DNA of 53,585 nucleotides from Terriglobia bacterium (lineage in GTDB: Bacteria; Acidobacteriota; Terriglobia; Acidiferrales; UBA7541). How positions within the stretch are numbered: the stretch's first letter is position 1; every line of letters begins with the position of its first letter. Location of the stretch: NCBI GenBank assembly GCA_041496565.1, contig JBGQEW010000001.1, forward strand, positions 1-53,585. Direction: 5' to 3'. The translations under genes were made by a program, and so were the position numbers. Positions 27,704 to 37,754 of the stretch are shown here, one piece after another. The notes beneath the pieces are model-generated. The model saw only the letters and a program-made list of their open reading frames with translations, did no database searches and was not told the origin of the DNA.

Positions 27704-28209
27704 ACGGCAGCGGGGCTGGCGGATTCGGAAAGCACCGGCAGGGCGATGCGTTCGGGCAGAACGGTGGCGATCACGGCCGCGAGCCGGCAGGTGCGGCGTT
27801 TCGGGCAAGTATTGCAATCCCGCTCGATTTTTTCCGGTAGCGCCTGTCGTGACGAACGCGCAAATCCTCGCGGCGTGAAAAAGTCCGGCGACTGCGTCAC
27901 CGCAAAGACGCGTGCGATTTTCCGCCGCCGCGCTTCCATGAGCGCATGTTGCACCAGCCGCCCGCCGAGCCCGCGCCCGCGAATCTCCGGGCTCACGGCC
28001 AGCGAGCGAATCTCCGCCAGGTCGGCGCCATACAGCTCGAGCGCGACGCATCCGGCGAGCTGATCCTTGTCTTCGAGCACGAGAAACCGGCCGATGTGCT
28101 CGCGAATCTCGCTTTCTGTGCGCGGCAGGAGCAGTCCCTCGCCCGCATAATGCGCGATCAATTGATGGATCGCGACCGCGTCGGCCGCGCGTGCTTTTCG
28201 CGCCCTCAT
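27700..28209 (-). CDS. GNAT acetyltransferase, short N-acetylglutamate-synthase-like (S-NAGS type)
   Basis: 169 aa. Contains VLEDKDQLAGCVALELYGADLAEIRSLAVSPEIRGRGLGGRLV (acetyl-CoA motif R-G-R-G-L-G). The start overlaps the argH stop (28206-28209). The position inside an arg operon directly after argH supports an S-NAGS role. Confidence 0.65.
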   Translation of the reverse strand: MRARKARAADAVAIHQLIAHYAGEGLLLPRTESEIREHIGRFLVLEDKDQLAGCVALELYGADLAEIRSLAVSPEIRGRGLGGRLVQHALMEARRRKIARVFAVTQSPDFFTPRGFARSSRQALPEKIERDCNTCPKRRTCRLAAVIATVLPERIALPVLSESASPAAV

Positions 28210-29627
28210 CGTGCCGCCCCCGGCGCCATCCCGAGTGCCGAAAGCCGCGCGCGAAATTCCGCCAGCGCCGCGCGAACGCTTTCCGGTCCCGTACCTCCCG
28301 GCAGATTCCGCCGCGCGAGCGAAGCTTCCACCGTCAGCGCTGCGGCCAGGTCGGGGCCGAACACCGGCGAAAACGATTGCAGCGTCTCGGCCGGCAACTG
28401 AGCGATGCCCTTGCCTTGACGTTCCGCCTCGCGGATCGCTTTTCCCACGATTTCATGCGCTTGTCGAAACGGCACGCCGCGCGCAACCAGATAATCCGCC
28501 GCCTCGGTGGCGACCAGCGACGGATCGGAGGCGGCCTCGCGGAGACGCGTTTCGTTGAACCGAGTGGCCGCAATCGCGCCGGCGGCAATCTGCGTCATCG
28601 CCAGTGTCTGATCGTGCGCCGAGAAAAGAGCTTCCTTGTCCTCTTGCATGTCGCGCTGATAGCTGGTGGGCAATCCCTTCAGCGTCACAAGCAAGGAAAC
28701 CAGCGCCGCAAGCACGCGGCCTGACTTGCCGCGGATGAGCTCCCACGCGTCGGGATTCTTCTTCTGCGGCATCAGGCTGCTGCCTGTTGAAAACTCATCG
28801 GGCAGCGCGACGAATCCGAACTCTTGCGACGCGAAGAGGACGAAATCTTCGGCCAAGCGCGATTGATGGCTCGCGAGCACCGCCAACGCGTACAAATAAT
28901 CGAGCGCGAAATCGCGCCGGCTGACCGCATCGAGGCTGTTGCGCGTGATGCGCGCGAATCCCAGGTCGCGCGCAATCGCCATCCGGTCAACCGCGAACCC
29001 GCATCCCGCCAGCGCGCCGGCGCCCATCGGGCAAGCATCGTTCGTATTCGCGGCAAACGCCAGGCGGTCCGCGTCGTGGAAGAATCCTTCCGCGTGCGCG
29101 AGCAGAAAATGCGAGAGCAAAATCGGCTGGGCATGCTGCAGGTGCGTCATGCCAGGCATGGGCACGCCGAAAGAATTCTCGGCTTGCGCCAGCAGCGCTT
29201 CGATCAGGCCGGCAACCGCCTCGCGCATCGCCGCCGCCACGTCCTTGATGAACATTCGAAATTCGGTGACAACCATTTCGTTCCGGCTGCGGCCGGTGTG
29301 CAGCTTCGCGCCGAGCGGTCCCAGCTTCTCCATCAGCGCGAGCTCCGCGAAGTGGTGCACGTCTTCGGCAGGCGAGGCGTCGAGCCACGCTGGCTCTGCC
29401 TGCGCGCGCCGCTCAATGTCGTCGAGCGCCGCAATTATTTGCCGCGATTCCGTCTCGGTGAGGATGCCAACGGCCACAAGAGCCCGGGCCCACGCGCGGT
29501 CTACCACCAACTCATACGGCAGCAGGCGGCGATCGAAGCTCCACGAGCGCTCGAATTCGTAAAAAGATGCGTCCGGCGCGCGTTCGAATCGCCCGCCCCA
29601 CATTTTTGGCTGGCTTGCGCCGCTCAA
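28206..29627 (-). CDS. argH: Argininosuccinate lyase
   Basis: MWGGRFE..., fumarate-lyase signature [17 protein letters not shown]. 473 aa. Confidence 0.92.
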   Translation of the reverse strand: MSGASQPKMWGGRFERAPDASFYEFERSWSFDRRLLPYELVVDRAWARALVAVGILTETESRQIIAALDDIERRAQAEPAWLDASPAEDVHHFAELALMEKLGPLGAKLHTGRSRNEMVVTEFRMFIKDVAAAMREAVAGLIEALLAQAENSFGVPMPGMTHLQHAQPILLSHFLLAHAEGFFHDADRLAFAANTNDACPMGAGALAGCGFAVDRMAIARDLGFARITRNSLDAVSRRDFALDYLYALAVLASHQSRLAEDFVLFASQEFGFVALPDEFSTGSSLMPQKKNPDAWELIRGKSGRVLAALVSLLVTLKGLPTSYQRDMQEDKEALFSAHDQTLAMTQIAAGAIAATRFNETRLREAASDPSLVATEAADYLVARGVPFRQAHEIVGKAIREAERQGKGIAQLPAETLQSFSPVFGPDLAAALTVEASLARRNLPGGTGPESVRAALAEFRARLSALGMAPGAAR

Positions 29628-30865
29628 CGGTTCGACGCTCCCACGGCGCGGTATCTGGAGGAATCACCGGCCAATTGATCCTTGGTTCGTGGAACAGTGA
29701 TCGGCAGGGCGAATAAATTGATGAAGCCCTCGGCGTCCTTCGGGTTGTAGCCCGTCATCGTGAAGCTGGCGAGGTTGGTGCGATAAAGCGAATAGGGCGA
29801 CTCGCGCCGCAACACGCTCACATTGCCCTTGTAAAGCGAGAGTCCCACCTTGCCGCTGACCCGCTGCTGCGACGCCTGGAAGAACGCGTCAAGCGACTCG
29901 CGCAGGGGCGTGAACCACATCCCGTAATAAACCATTTCCGCATAGCGCAGCGAGAGCAGTTGCTGGTAATGCGCCGTCTCGCGGTCGAGGCAGAGCGATT
30001 CGAGCTCGCGGTGCGCCATCACCAGCAGCGTGCCGCCCGGAGTTTCGTACGCCCCGCGCGACTTGATTCCCACCAGGCGGTTTTCGACCAACTCCATCCG
30101 CCCGACCGCGTTCGCCGCCGCCACGTCGTTCAATTGCTCGACCAGTTCAACAGGCCGCAACCGTTTGCCGTTCACGCCAACGGGCGTGCCCGCTTCAAAT
30201 TCGATTTCTACCTCGGCGGCTGCCTCCGGAGCGGCGGCAGGCGAGACGACCCACTGCCACATGGACTCTTCCGGCGCATTGGCCGGATCTTCCAGCACGC
30301 CGCCCTCATGGCTCAGGTGCCAGATGTTGCGGTCGCGGCTGTAAATGTTGGCCTTGGTCTGATCAACTGGAACGTTGTGCGCGCGGGCATACGCGATCGC
30401 TTCCTCGCGCGACTGGATGGCCCATTCGCGCCACGGCGCGATGATGGTCAGCTCCGGGGCCAGCGCCTTGCACGCCAGCTCGAACCGCACTTGATCATTG
30501 CCCTTGCCGGTGCAGCCGTGCGCCACGGCGTCGGCGCCGAGCTTCTGCGCGAGCTCCGTCTGGCGCCGCGCCAGAATCGGCCGCGCGAACGAAGTTCCCA
30601 GCAGGTATTTGTGCTCGTACACCGCGCCGGCGCGCAGCGTGGGCCAGACGTAACCGGTGATAAATTCCTCGCGCAGGTCCTCGACGTACGCCGCGCTTGC
30701 GCCCGTCGCCAGGGCTTTGCGCCGCGCCGCTTCCAAGTCCTCGCGCTGGCCGAGATCGCCGATCATGGCGATCACTTCGCAGCCGCCGTAATTCTCTTTC
30801 AGCCAAGGAATGATGATCGACGTGTCGAGTCCGCCGGAATAGGCCAGTACAACTTTCTTGGGCAA
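29624..30865 (-). CDS. argG: Argininosuccinate synthase
   Basis: TTG at 30865 (residue 27 of ORF 29624-30943), 6 nt after AAGGAG. (M)[30 protein letters not shown]. Confidence 0.9.
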   Translation of the reverse strand: MPKKVVLAYSGGLDTSIIIPWLKENYGGCEVIAMIGDLGQREDLEAARRKALATGASAAYVEDLREEFITGYVWPTLRAGAVYEHKYLLGTSFARPILARRQTELAQKLGADAVAHGCTGKGNDQVRFELACKALAPELTIIAPWREWAIQSREEAIAYARAHNVPVDQTKANIYSRDRNIWHLSHEGGVLEDPANAPEESMWQWVVSPAAAPEAAAEVEIEFEAGTPVGVNGKRLRPVELVEQLNDVAAANAVGRMELVENRLVGIKSRGAYETPGGTLLVMAHRELESLCLDRETAHYQQLLSLRYAEMVYYGMWFTPLRESLDAFFQASQQRVSGKVGLSLYKGNVSVLRRESPYSLYRTNLASFTMTGYNPKDAEGFINLFALPITVPRTKDQLAGDSSRYRAVGASNR

Positions 30866-30875
30866 GGCAATCTCC

Positions 30876-31817
30876 TTAGCCGAGCAGGGTGAGCAGGATG
30901 GCTTTCTGCGTATGCAGGCGGTTTTCCGCCTGGTCGAACACAATGGATCGCGGCGAATCGATCACCGCGCCGCTGACTTCCGACTCGCGGTGCGCGGGCA
31001 GACAATGCAGGAAGACGGCATCGGGTGCCGCGTGCGCCAGCAGCGCTTCGTTTACTTGATATGGCGCGAAAACTTTCTCCCGCTGCGCCGCTTCCTTTTC
31101 CTGGCCCATGCTGGTCCAGACGTCGGTGTAAATCGCCTGCGCCCCGGCAACGGCCTCTTCCGGCGCGCGCAGGATCTCGATTTTTGCGCGCGTTTCCCGT
31201 GCCGCGCGCCGCGCCTCGGCGACGACCGCAGGATTCGGCTCGTAGCCCGGCGGAGTCGCAATGCGCAAGTGCGCCCCCACGCGAGCGCCGATCGTGAGCA
31301 GCGAGTGGCAGACATTGTTGCCGTCGCCCACGTACGCAAACTTCAGCCCGCGCAAAACGCTGAACCGTTCTTCGAGCGTGAAAAAGTCGGCGAGCGCCTG
31401 GCAAGGATGGTAGCGGTCCGACAATGCGTTGATTACGGGAATCCCGGCGTTGGCGGCCAGCTCTTCCACCACGCGCTGTTCGAATGTCCGCACCGCGATG
31501 CCGTGCACCCAGCGCTCGAGGTTACGCGCTACGTCCGCGATGGATTCCCGTTCGCCCAGCCGCGATTTCGTCTGGTCCAGGAAGACGGCATGGCCGCCCA
31601 GGCTCGAGATGCCGACTTCAAACGTCACGCGCGTGCGCAGCGAGGGTTTTTCAAAAATCAGCGCCAGGAAGCGCCCGGCCAGCGCGTTGCGATAACGGTT
31701 GGGGCGGGCTTTGACGTCCGCCGCCAGGCTGAAAAGTTCGTGAACCTGCGCGGGGCCCCACTCCATGCCGGTCAATACATCGGGCGCCCGGGTGATGGGC
31801 GTTACGACAGCGTTCAT
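30876..31817 (-). CDS. argF: Ornithine carbamoyltransferase
   Basis: [13 protein letters not shown] (STRTR-type carbamoyl-phosphate site), [19 protein letters not shown]. Confidence 0.9.
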   Translation of the reverse strand: MNAVVTPITRAPDVLTGMEWGPAQVHELFSLAADVKARPNRYRNALAGRFLALIFEKPSLRTRVTFEVGISSLGGHAVFLDQTKSRLGERESIADVARNLERWVHGIAVRTFEQRVVEELAANAGIPVINALSDRYHPCQALADFFTLEERFSVLRGLKFAYVGDGNNVCHSLLTIGARVGAHLRIATPPGYEPNPAVVAEARRAARETRAKIEILRAPEEAVAGAQAIYTDVWTSMGQEKEAAQREKVFAPYQVNEALLAHAAPDAVFLHCLPAHRESEVSGAVIDSPRSIVFDQAENRLHTQKAILLTLLG

Positions 31818-31819
31818 CT

Positions 31820-33133
31820 TTACCTCGCTGCGGCCAGCGCCGTTGGCGCGGCCTCGGCGTGGGCCGCGTCTTCGGCGGGCTTCGCTTTCGGCTTCGGCGT
31901 CTTGGCCAGGACTATTTCAAGTTTCGAAAGAAACTCTTTCACTTGTTGCGTGCGAAGGATGAAAGGAGGCAGCAGGCGCAGGGTGCGTTCGTGCGTGCAA
32001 TTGATAATGAGGCCCGCGCGCAGCGCGGCCTCCACGTACGGCGCTCCATCCACCGCGAGCTCCACGCCCAGCATCAGCCCTTCGCCGCGAATTTCACGAA
32101 TGAAGTCGAATCCCGCGGCGAGTTTCTCGAGTCCTGCTCGCAGCTCCGCGCCGCGTGCGCGCACGTTCTCGATCAGCTTCTCGTTTTCCACCACCGTCAG
32201 GAATTCGAGCGCCACGGCGCAGACCAGCGGCCCGCCGCCGAACGTGGTTCCGTGAAGGCCCGGAGAAAATGCCGCCGCAAATTCTTCGCTCGCAAGGATA
32301 GCGCCGAGGGGCAGGCCGCCGGCAAGCGGCTTCGCCACCGTCACGACGTCGGGCCGCGCGCTGAATTTCTGGTAAGCGAAGCGGCGTCCCGTCCGGCCCA
32401 GCCCGCTTTGAATTTCATCGGCGATGAGAGCGGCATTGTGCTGCGTGCTGAGTTCGCGTGCGCGCTGCCAGAATGCTTCGCTGACCGGAAAGATCCCGCC
32501 TTCGCCCTGAATCGTCTCGATCACCAACGCGCAGACGCCCCCCTCGGCATTCGGCTCGAATTTCGCTTCGAGGTCTTCGAGATCGTCGAAGCGCACGAAT
32601 TCCACGCCGGGAACCAGCGGCGCAAACGGCTCGCGGTATTTCGCCGTCGAAGTGATGGAAAGCGCGCCAAACGTGCGCCCGTGAAACGAATTTTCGAGTG
32701 CCAGGATGCGCGTTTTCGGCGGCAGCCCGGCTGGGGCATGCTGGCGCGCGTAAACTCGCGCCAGCTTCAGCGCGCCATCGATCGCTTCCGTGCCGCTGTT
32801 GGTGAAGAAGACTCGGTCGAGCCCGGACCACTGGGCAAGTTTCCGCGCCAGCGGCCCTTGATAGGGATTGTGAAATAAATTCGAGACGTGGACCGCGTGA
32901 GCGGCTTCGCGCCGGATCACGCGCACGAGCCGCGGATGCGAATAGCCCAGCGCGTTCACGGCGATGCCGCCGAGAAAATCGAGATATTTCTTGCCGCGCG
33001 AATCGAACAGGTAGCAGCCTTTTCCGCGCGTGAACACCACTGGCGGCCGCCGGTAGGTGTTCATCAAATACCGCGCCTCGTCGCGCCGGATGCTTGCCGC
33101 ATGTACGCGGCTCGCTGGCTTGGACGATTTCAT
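31820..33133 (-). CDS. argD: Acetylornithine aminotransferase (class III PLP aminotransferase)
   Basis: FTNSGTEAIDGALKLAR, LIADEIQSGLGRTG, DVVTVAKPLAGGLP (PLP-lysine context). Position in the arg operon. The true start may be an internal Met (LMNTY). Confidence 0.88.
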   Translation of the reverse strand: MKSSKPASRVHAASIRRDEARYLMNTYRRPPVVFTRGKGCYLFDSRGKKYLDFLGGIAVNALGYSHPRLVRVIRREAAHAVHVSNLFHNPYQGPLARKLAQWSGLDRVFFTNSGTEAIDGALKLARVYARQHAPAGLPPKTRILALENSFHGRTFGALSITSTAKYREPFAPLVPGVEFVRFDDLEDLEAKFEPNAEGGVCALVIETIQGEGGIFPVSEAFWQRARELSTQHNAALIADEIQSGLGRTGRRFAYQKFSARPDVVTVAKPLAGGLPLGAILASEEFAAAFSPGLHGTTFGGGPLVCAVALEFLTVVENEKLIENVRARGAELRAGLEKLAAGFDFIREIRGEGLMLGVELAVDGAPYVEAALRAGLIINCTHERTLRLLPPFILRTQQVKEFLSKLEIVLAKTPKPKAKPAEDAAHAEAAPTALAAAR

Positions 33134-33957
33134 CGCGCCGCCTTTGCCGTGCGCAAAGCTGCGCGAGCGAATGCGTAGGTCACGCGCGTTCCCGAACCCT
33201 TCGCGCTACCCGCCGCGGAGAGCAGCGCGCGCGGCCGCGCACCCCCGACGATGCGCACCTGCCTCACTCCGCCAGCCAGCGCCCGCTTCGACGCTTCGAG
33301 CTTCAGCACCATGCCGCCCGACACTTTGTTCTGCCGGATCAAGGCTTCGATTTCCGCGCCGCTGACGGCCGAAAGCACTTTCTCGCCGTCGAGCACGCCG
33401 GCAACGTCAGTGAGGAAAATCAGCCGGTCGGCCTGACAGAATTCGGCGCATGCCGCGGCCATGTGGTCGGCATTGATGTTGTACAGCTCGCCGTCGGCGC
33501 CCAGCCCCAGGCACGAAGCTACGGGAACCACGCCGGCGCGCCACAGCGAAGTCAGGAACTCAAGATTGACGCCCGTCAGGTAACCGACGAAGCCGAGCCC
33601 GCCCGTCACTTCGTTGTGGACCATCGGTTCAGCCAAAAAACACGCCGAATCCGAAGCGGTGATTCCCACGGCCGGCTGCCCTGCGAGAGTGATCGCAGCA
33701 GCCAGGCGCTTGTTGAGCAATCCGCCCAGCACCATCACGGCAACATCGCGCGTTTCGCGGTCGGTGACCCGCAAACCGTTGATGAAGCGGCTCTGGATGC
33801 CCATCCGCGCCAGCGTCGCGGTAAAAATTTTCCCGCCGCCGTGCACCACCACCAGTTCGTGCCCTTCCTTCGCCAGTTCCACAATTTGACGGGCGATGCT
33901 CTGGACGCTTTCCTCGTGTTCGAGCAGGGTGCCGGCAATTTTGACTACCAGTCTCAT
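33130..33957 (-). CDS. argB: Acetylglutamate kinase
   Basis: Met93 of ORF 33130-34233: MRLVVKIAGTLL..., ELVVVHGGG, INADHMAAA. ATGA overlap with the argC stop (33954-33957). Confidence 0.9.
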   Translation of the reverse strand: MRLVVKIAGTLLEHEESVQSIARQIVELAKEGHELVVVHGGGKIFTATLARMGIQSRFINGLRVTDRETRDVAVMVLGGLLNKRLAAAITLAGQPAVGITASDSACFLAEPMVHNEVTGGLGFVGYLTGVNLEFLTSLWRAGVVPVASCLGLGADGELYNINADHMAAACAEFCQADRLIFLTDVAGVLDGEKVLSAVSGAEIEALIRQNKVSGGMVLKLEASKRALAGGVRQVRIVGGARPRALLSAAGSAKGSGTRVTYAFARAALRTAKAAR

Positions 33958-34988
33958 AGAAGTCCTGCGGTCTCGGGATAACCCAGCATCCCGTTCAAGT
34001 TTTGCACCGCCTGGCCGGCGGCCCCCTTGCCCAAATTGTCGAGACAGGACACCACGATCAGCCGCTCGCCCGAAGGATCGAGCGCGAAACCGATGTCGCA
34101 AAAATTGGTGTGCGTCACGTGCTGTAATTCCGGCAAGCGTCCGGCCGGTGAAATCCGCACCATCTTCCGTCCGGCGTAGAACTGCCGGTACAGCCCTTCG
34201 ATTTCTTCTGGCTGGCGCGCCTCGGCCAGCCATACATAGAGCGTCGAAAGAATCCCGCGTTCGACCGGGAGCAGGTGCGTCGTAAACATCATTTCGCCCG
34301 GCTCCAGCCCAAGATGTTCGGTAATTTCCGGAGTATGCCGGTGCGTGAACAGGCCGTACGCCCGGAAATTCTCGTTCACCTCGACGAATTGCGTCTCGCG
34401 CTTCGGCTCCTTGCCCGCGCCGCTCACTCCCGATTTGCAGTCGCAGACGATTCCGCGTTCGCGCGCGATCCAGCCGGCCTCCCTCAGCGGCCGCAAGCCG
34501 AGAATCACCGACGTGGCATAACAGCCGGGGTTCGCGACCAGCTTTGCACCCGCCAGCGCACCGGCGTAAAGTTCAGGCAAGCCGTAAACGGCTCCATCGA
34601 GCACCGGTCGCGCCGCTGCCGGAAGCTTGTACCACTGCTCGAATGTCTCCGGGTCGCGGAAACGGAACGCGCCGCTCAAATCAACGACGGGCAGTCCCGC
34701 AGCCACAAGTTCCGGCACCATTTCGAGCGAAGCTTCGTGCGGCGTCGCCAGGCATACGGCGCGCGCTCCGCTCTCTTCGATCGCTTTGGCAGAATACGGC
34801 CGGCACGGCGCTTCTCCCCAGCCGCGAAGATGCGGATAGATTTCGCTTAGGCAGCGGACATGCCCGTGGCCGTTGCGGAGATAAAATGTCGGCGTTTCGA
34901 TGTGGGGATGCCGCAGGAGAATCCGGGCCAGCTCGAATCCCGCGTAGCCCGTCGCCCCAATGACGGCGACTCGTGTCGCGTCGCTCAT
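33954..34988 (-). CDS. argC: N-acetyl-gamma-glutamyl-phosphate reductase
   Basis: Met37 of ORF 33954-35096: MSDATRVAVIGATGYAGFEL. Catalytic Cys context ANPGCYATSVIL. ATGA overlap with the argR stop (34985-34988). Confidence 0.9.
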   Translation of the reverse strand: MSDATRVAVIGATGYAGFELARILLRHPHIETPTFYLRNGHGHVRCLSEIYPHLRGWGEAPCRPYSAKAIEESGARAVCLATPHEASLEMVPELVAAGLPVVDLSGAFRFRDPETFEQWYKLPAAARPVLDGAVYGLPELYAGALAGAKLVANPGCYATSVILGLRPLREAGWIARERGIVCDCKSGVSGAGKEPKRETQFVEVNENFRAYGLFTHRHTPEITEHLGLEPGEMMFTTHLLPVERGILSTLYVWLAEARQPEEIEGLYRQFYAGRKMVRISPAGRLPELQHVTHTNFCDIGFALDPSGERLIVVSCLDNLGKGAAGQAVQNLNGMLGYPETAGLL

Positions 34989-35434
34989 CGGAGAAGATCC
35001 TTCAGGCGTTTTTGAAGCGCTGCCCGCGCGGCCTTCGAAGGTGTGACGATCAGGATCGTGTCGTCTCCCGCCAGCGTGCCCGCCACTTCCTTCCAATGCT
35101 CCGCGTCAATCGCGGCCGCAAGCGGTTGCGCACCGCTCGGCGGGGTCTTCAGCACCAGCAGGTTCTGCGCCGCGCGTACATCGAGTAGGAATTCCCGCAG
35201 GGCGCGCAGCAACGGTGGCAGGGACGCCGCCTCTTCCGCCACGGCGGACAATGGCTGGTAGCCCTCGCTGGTTTTCACCAGCTTCATTTCCCGCAGATCG
35301 CGCGAGAGCGTCGCTTGCGTCACGCGCATCCCCAGATGCGCGAGCCGCCGCCGCAATTCGTCCTGATTCGGAATGGGTTGCGCCGCAATCACTTTCAGAA
35401 TCTGTCCTTGACGAAATCGCTTGTGCATGCCCAT
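34985..35434 (-). CDS. argR: Arginine repressor
   Basis: Met51 of ORF 34985-35584: MGMHKRFRQGQILKVIAAQPIPNQDELRRRLAHLGMRVTQATLSRDLREMKLVK (ArgR winged-helix N-domain), plus the C-terminal oligomerisation domain ...GTLAGDDTILIV. Confidence 0.85.
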   Translation of the reverse strand: MGMHKRFRQGQILKVIAAQPIPNQDELRRRLAHLGMRVTQATLSRDLREMKLVKTSEGYQPLSAVAEEAASLPPLLRALREFLLDVRAAQNLLVLKTPPSGAQPLAAAIDAEHWKEVAGTLAGDDTILIVTPSKAARAALQKRLKDLLR

Positions 35435-35452
35435 CGGTACCGTATGACTTAT

Positions 35453-35470
35453 TATGCAGTCCTCTGCATA
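35453..35470. promoter_or_regulatory. ARG-box-like 18-bp palindrome upstream of argR
   Basis: TATGCAG-tcct-CTGCATA (perfect 7+7 inverted repeat), 19 nt upstream of the argR ATG. Same geometry as the TNTGAAT-N4-ATTCANA ARG-box consensus. Confidence 0.45.
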
Positions 35471-35682
35471 TTTATACGGCCCACGACACATTCTGTCAAC
35501 CCTGAATTTCTGTGGGGGTGATGCCCGCGGCGCCACCAGCCTCTCCCTCGCATTCCACCAAGGAGTGAAGAGACACCGGATCAAGAAATTTTATTACTCA
35601 GAATGGACCCATGTTCCTATAATGAGCCGACTCTAGGCCGGGGGAATTGCGCGGTTTTCAGGAACGCACGGAGATGAGGGCC

Positions 35683-37125
35683 ATGCGAAGCTTACGGCTC
35701 CAGTTGTCGCTCGTGTTTCTCGTGCTTTCGATGGGTGGCGTGCCGGTCCGCGCCCAGGCTTCCGTTCCTTCGAGTTCGCCCGCCGCTCAATCCGCTGCTC
35801 CCTCCGCCACGATCTCGGACCGCGTCTCTCAACTCGAGCAGCAAGTCTCGGGCGCCCAGAATTCCGCCGACAATTCCTGGATGCTGGTCAGCACGGCTCT
35901 GGTGCTGATGATGACCGGGCCTGGCCTCGCGCTTTTCTACGGCGGGCTGGTGCGCAAGAAAAACATCCTGGGCACGATGATGCAAAGCTTCGTGCTGATG
36001 GCGATCATTACCGTTCTTTGGGGCGTCATCGGCTACAGCCTTTGCTTCGCTCCCGGCAATCGCTTCATCGGTGGCTTCAGCTATCTTTTCCTTCGGGGAG
36101 TCGGGGCCGCACCGAATCCGGCTTACGCCGCTACGATCCCGCAGCAGACGTTCATGATATTTCAGCTCATGTTTGCCATCATCACGCCGGCGCTGATCAC
36201 GGGTGCGTTCGCCGAACGGATGAAGTTCAGCGCGATGGTTTTGTTCACCACCCTCTGGTCGATCTTGGTTTATGCGCCGATGGCTCACATGGTCTGGGGC
36301 CAGGGCGGGTTGCTGAACGCCTCGCTGGGCGGCAGGTTTCCCACGCTCGATTTCGCCGGTGGCACGGTGGTGCACATCACCTCCGGTGTTTCCGCGCTCG
36401 TCTGTGCGCTCTATCTCGGCAAGCGCTTGGGTTATCCGCAGGTGCCGATGCCTCCGCATAGCGTGGTGTTGAGCTTCGTCGGCGCTTGTCTCCTATGGGT
36501 CGGTTGGTTCGGTTTCAATGCCGGCAGCGCGCTCGCGGCGGGAAGCCTCGCGACCAGCGCCTTCGTGGCCACCCACTTCGGCGCCGCCGCTGCTGCACTG
36601 GGTTGGATCATTGCCGAGTGGATGCGCAACGGCAAGCCCAGCGCGTTGGGTGCCATCTCCGGAGCCGTCGCTGGCCTGGTGGCCATAACGCCCGCGTCGG
36701 GGTTCGTTGGGCCGATGTCTGCCTTTGCGATCGGGTTTATTGCGGGGATCGTTTGCTTCCTGATGGTGACCAGGGTGAAATCCTGGTTTCTGTACGATGA
36801 CTCGCTCGACGCCTTTGGCGTGCACGGCGCCGGCGGCACGCTCGGTGCCTTACTCACCGGTATCTTCGCCGCGAAAGTGATCAATCCCATTTTCAAAGAC
36901 AGCCAGGGCAACGCCCTCGCCGTCGGATGGATCGACGGCAACTTTCACCAGCTCCTGTATCAAATCGTCGGAGTCATGATTGCCTGGGCCCTGGCCATCG
37001 TGGGGAGCTTGATTCTTTTGAAGATTGTAGATGTGCTGGTCGGTTTGCGCGTGTCCCAGGAGCACGAAGTGGACGGTCTCGACCTCTCCCAACACGGCGA
37101 GGAGGGTTACAACCTGGAAGCGTGA
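35683..37125 (+). CDS. amt: Ammonium transporter (Amt family) with signal peptide
   Basis: ORF 35647-37125. An ATG at 35683 gives MRSLRLQLSLVFLVLSMGGVPVRAQA (35674 is also possible). Motifs: GAFAERMKF, LDFAGGTVVHITSG, DDSLDAFGVHGAGG. Confidence 0.9.
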   Translation: MRSLRLQLSLVFLVLSMGGVPVRAQASVPSSSPAAQSAAPSATISDRVSQLEQQVSGAQNSADNSWMLVSTALVLMMTGPGLALFYGGLVRKKNILGTMMQSFVLMAIITVLWGVIGYSLCFAPGNRFIGGFSYLFLRGVGAAPNPAYAATIPQQTFMIFQLMFAIITPALITGAFAERMKFSAMVLFTTLWSILVYAPMAHMVWGQGGLLNASLGGRFPTLDFAGGTVVHITSGVSALVCALYLGKRLGYPQVPMPPHSVVLSFVGACLLWVGWFGFNAGSALAAGSLATSAFVATHFGAAAAALGWIIAEWMRNGKPSALGAISGAVAGLVAITPASGFVGPMSAFAIGFIAGIVCFLMVTRVKSWFLYDDSLDAFGVHGAGGTLGALLTGIFAAKVINPIFKDSQGNALAVGWIDGNFHQLLYQIVGVMIAWALAIVGSLILLKIVDVLVGLRVSQEHEVDGLDLSQHGEEGYNLEA

Positions 37126-37221
37126 GTCGGCTCGCCGCCGGAACACGGGCGTTCCGCGCGCTTCCGTTTCTTGGCCCACGGTCCTGCTATCAGGATCGAC
37201 TCTGCTGAAGGATAAAGCATC

Positions 37222-37560
37222 ATGACAAAGCTCGAAGCGATCATTCAGCCTTCCCGGTTCGAATCCGTCAAAGACGCGCTTCGCGAGATCGGAGTCGAAG
37301 GCATGACGATTACCGATGTGCGCGGGCATGGCCGGCAGAAGGGCCACACCGAGGTGTATCGCGGGCGCGAATACACGGTGGACCTGCTGCCCAAGATCAA
37401 GATTGAAATGGTCTTGCCCGACCACCTCGCGGACTCCGCCGTGCAAGCCATCCTCAAATCCGCCAAGACCGGCAAGATCGGCGACGGTAAAATCTTTCTC
37501 TCGAAAGTGGACGAGGTCATTCGCATCCGCAACGAGGAGCGCGGCGAAAACGCTCTGTAG
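37222..37560 (+). CDS. glnK: P-II nitrogen regulatory protein
   Basis: 112 aa. MTKLEAIIQPSRFESVKDAL...T-loop GHGRQKGHTEVYRGREY (Tyr51)...TGKIGDGKIF. Lies directly downstream of amt. Confidence 0.92.
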   Translation: MTKLEAIIQPSRFESVKDALREIGVEGMTITDVRGHGRQKGHTEVYRGREYTVDLLPKIKIEMVLPDHLADSAVQAILKSAKTGKIGDGKIFLSKVDEVIRIRNEERGENAL

Positions 37561-37754
37561 CGCGCACTGAAGAATTTCAATCCCCGCCATTTCGGGCAGC
37601 CCCCATTCCTTCCATCGGGGCGGCGAGGAATCGCACCTCTGCCGAAGCGCCTTCGCCCCGAAACAGTTCGCGCGGCATCTCCAGGCCTCATGGCAAACAC
37701 GGCGCAGGGCCAACTGGTCGCGCGCGATTCGCGCTAGACTAATTCGAGGCTCAC

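Noticed and set aside
35600-35623. Promoter elements upstream of amt: a perfect TATAAT at 35618-35623 and a TGGAC-N5-TTCCT stretch that vaguely resembles a sigma-54 -24/-12 element.
   Set aside because: The sigma-54 GG-N10-GC spacing is not satisfied, and the -35 partner for the TATAAT is weak (TTACTC). This is too speculative to list as a feature.
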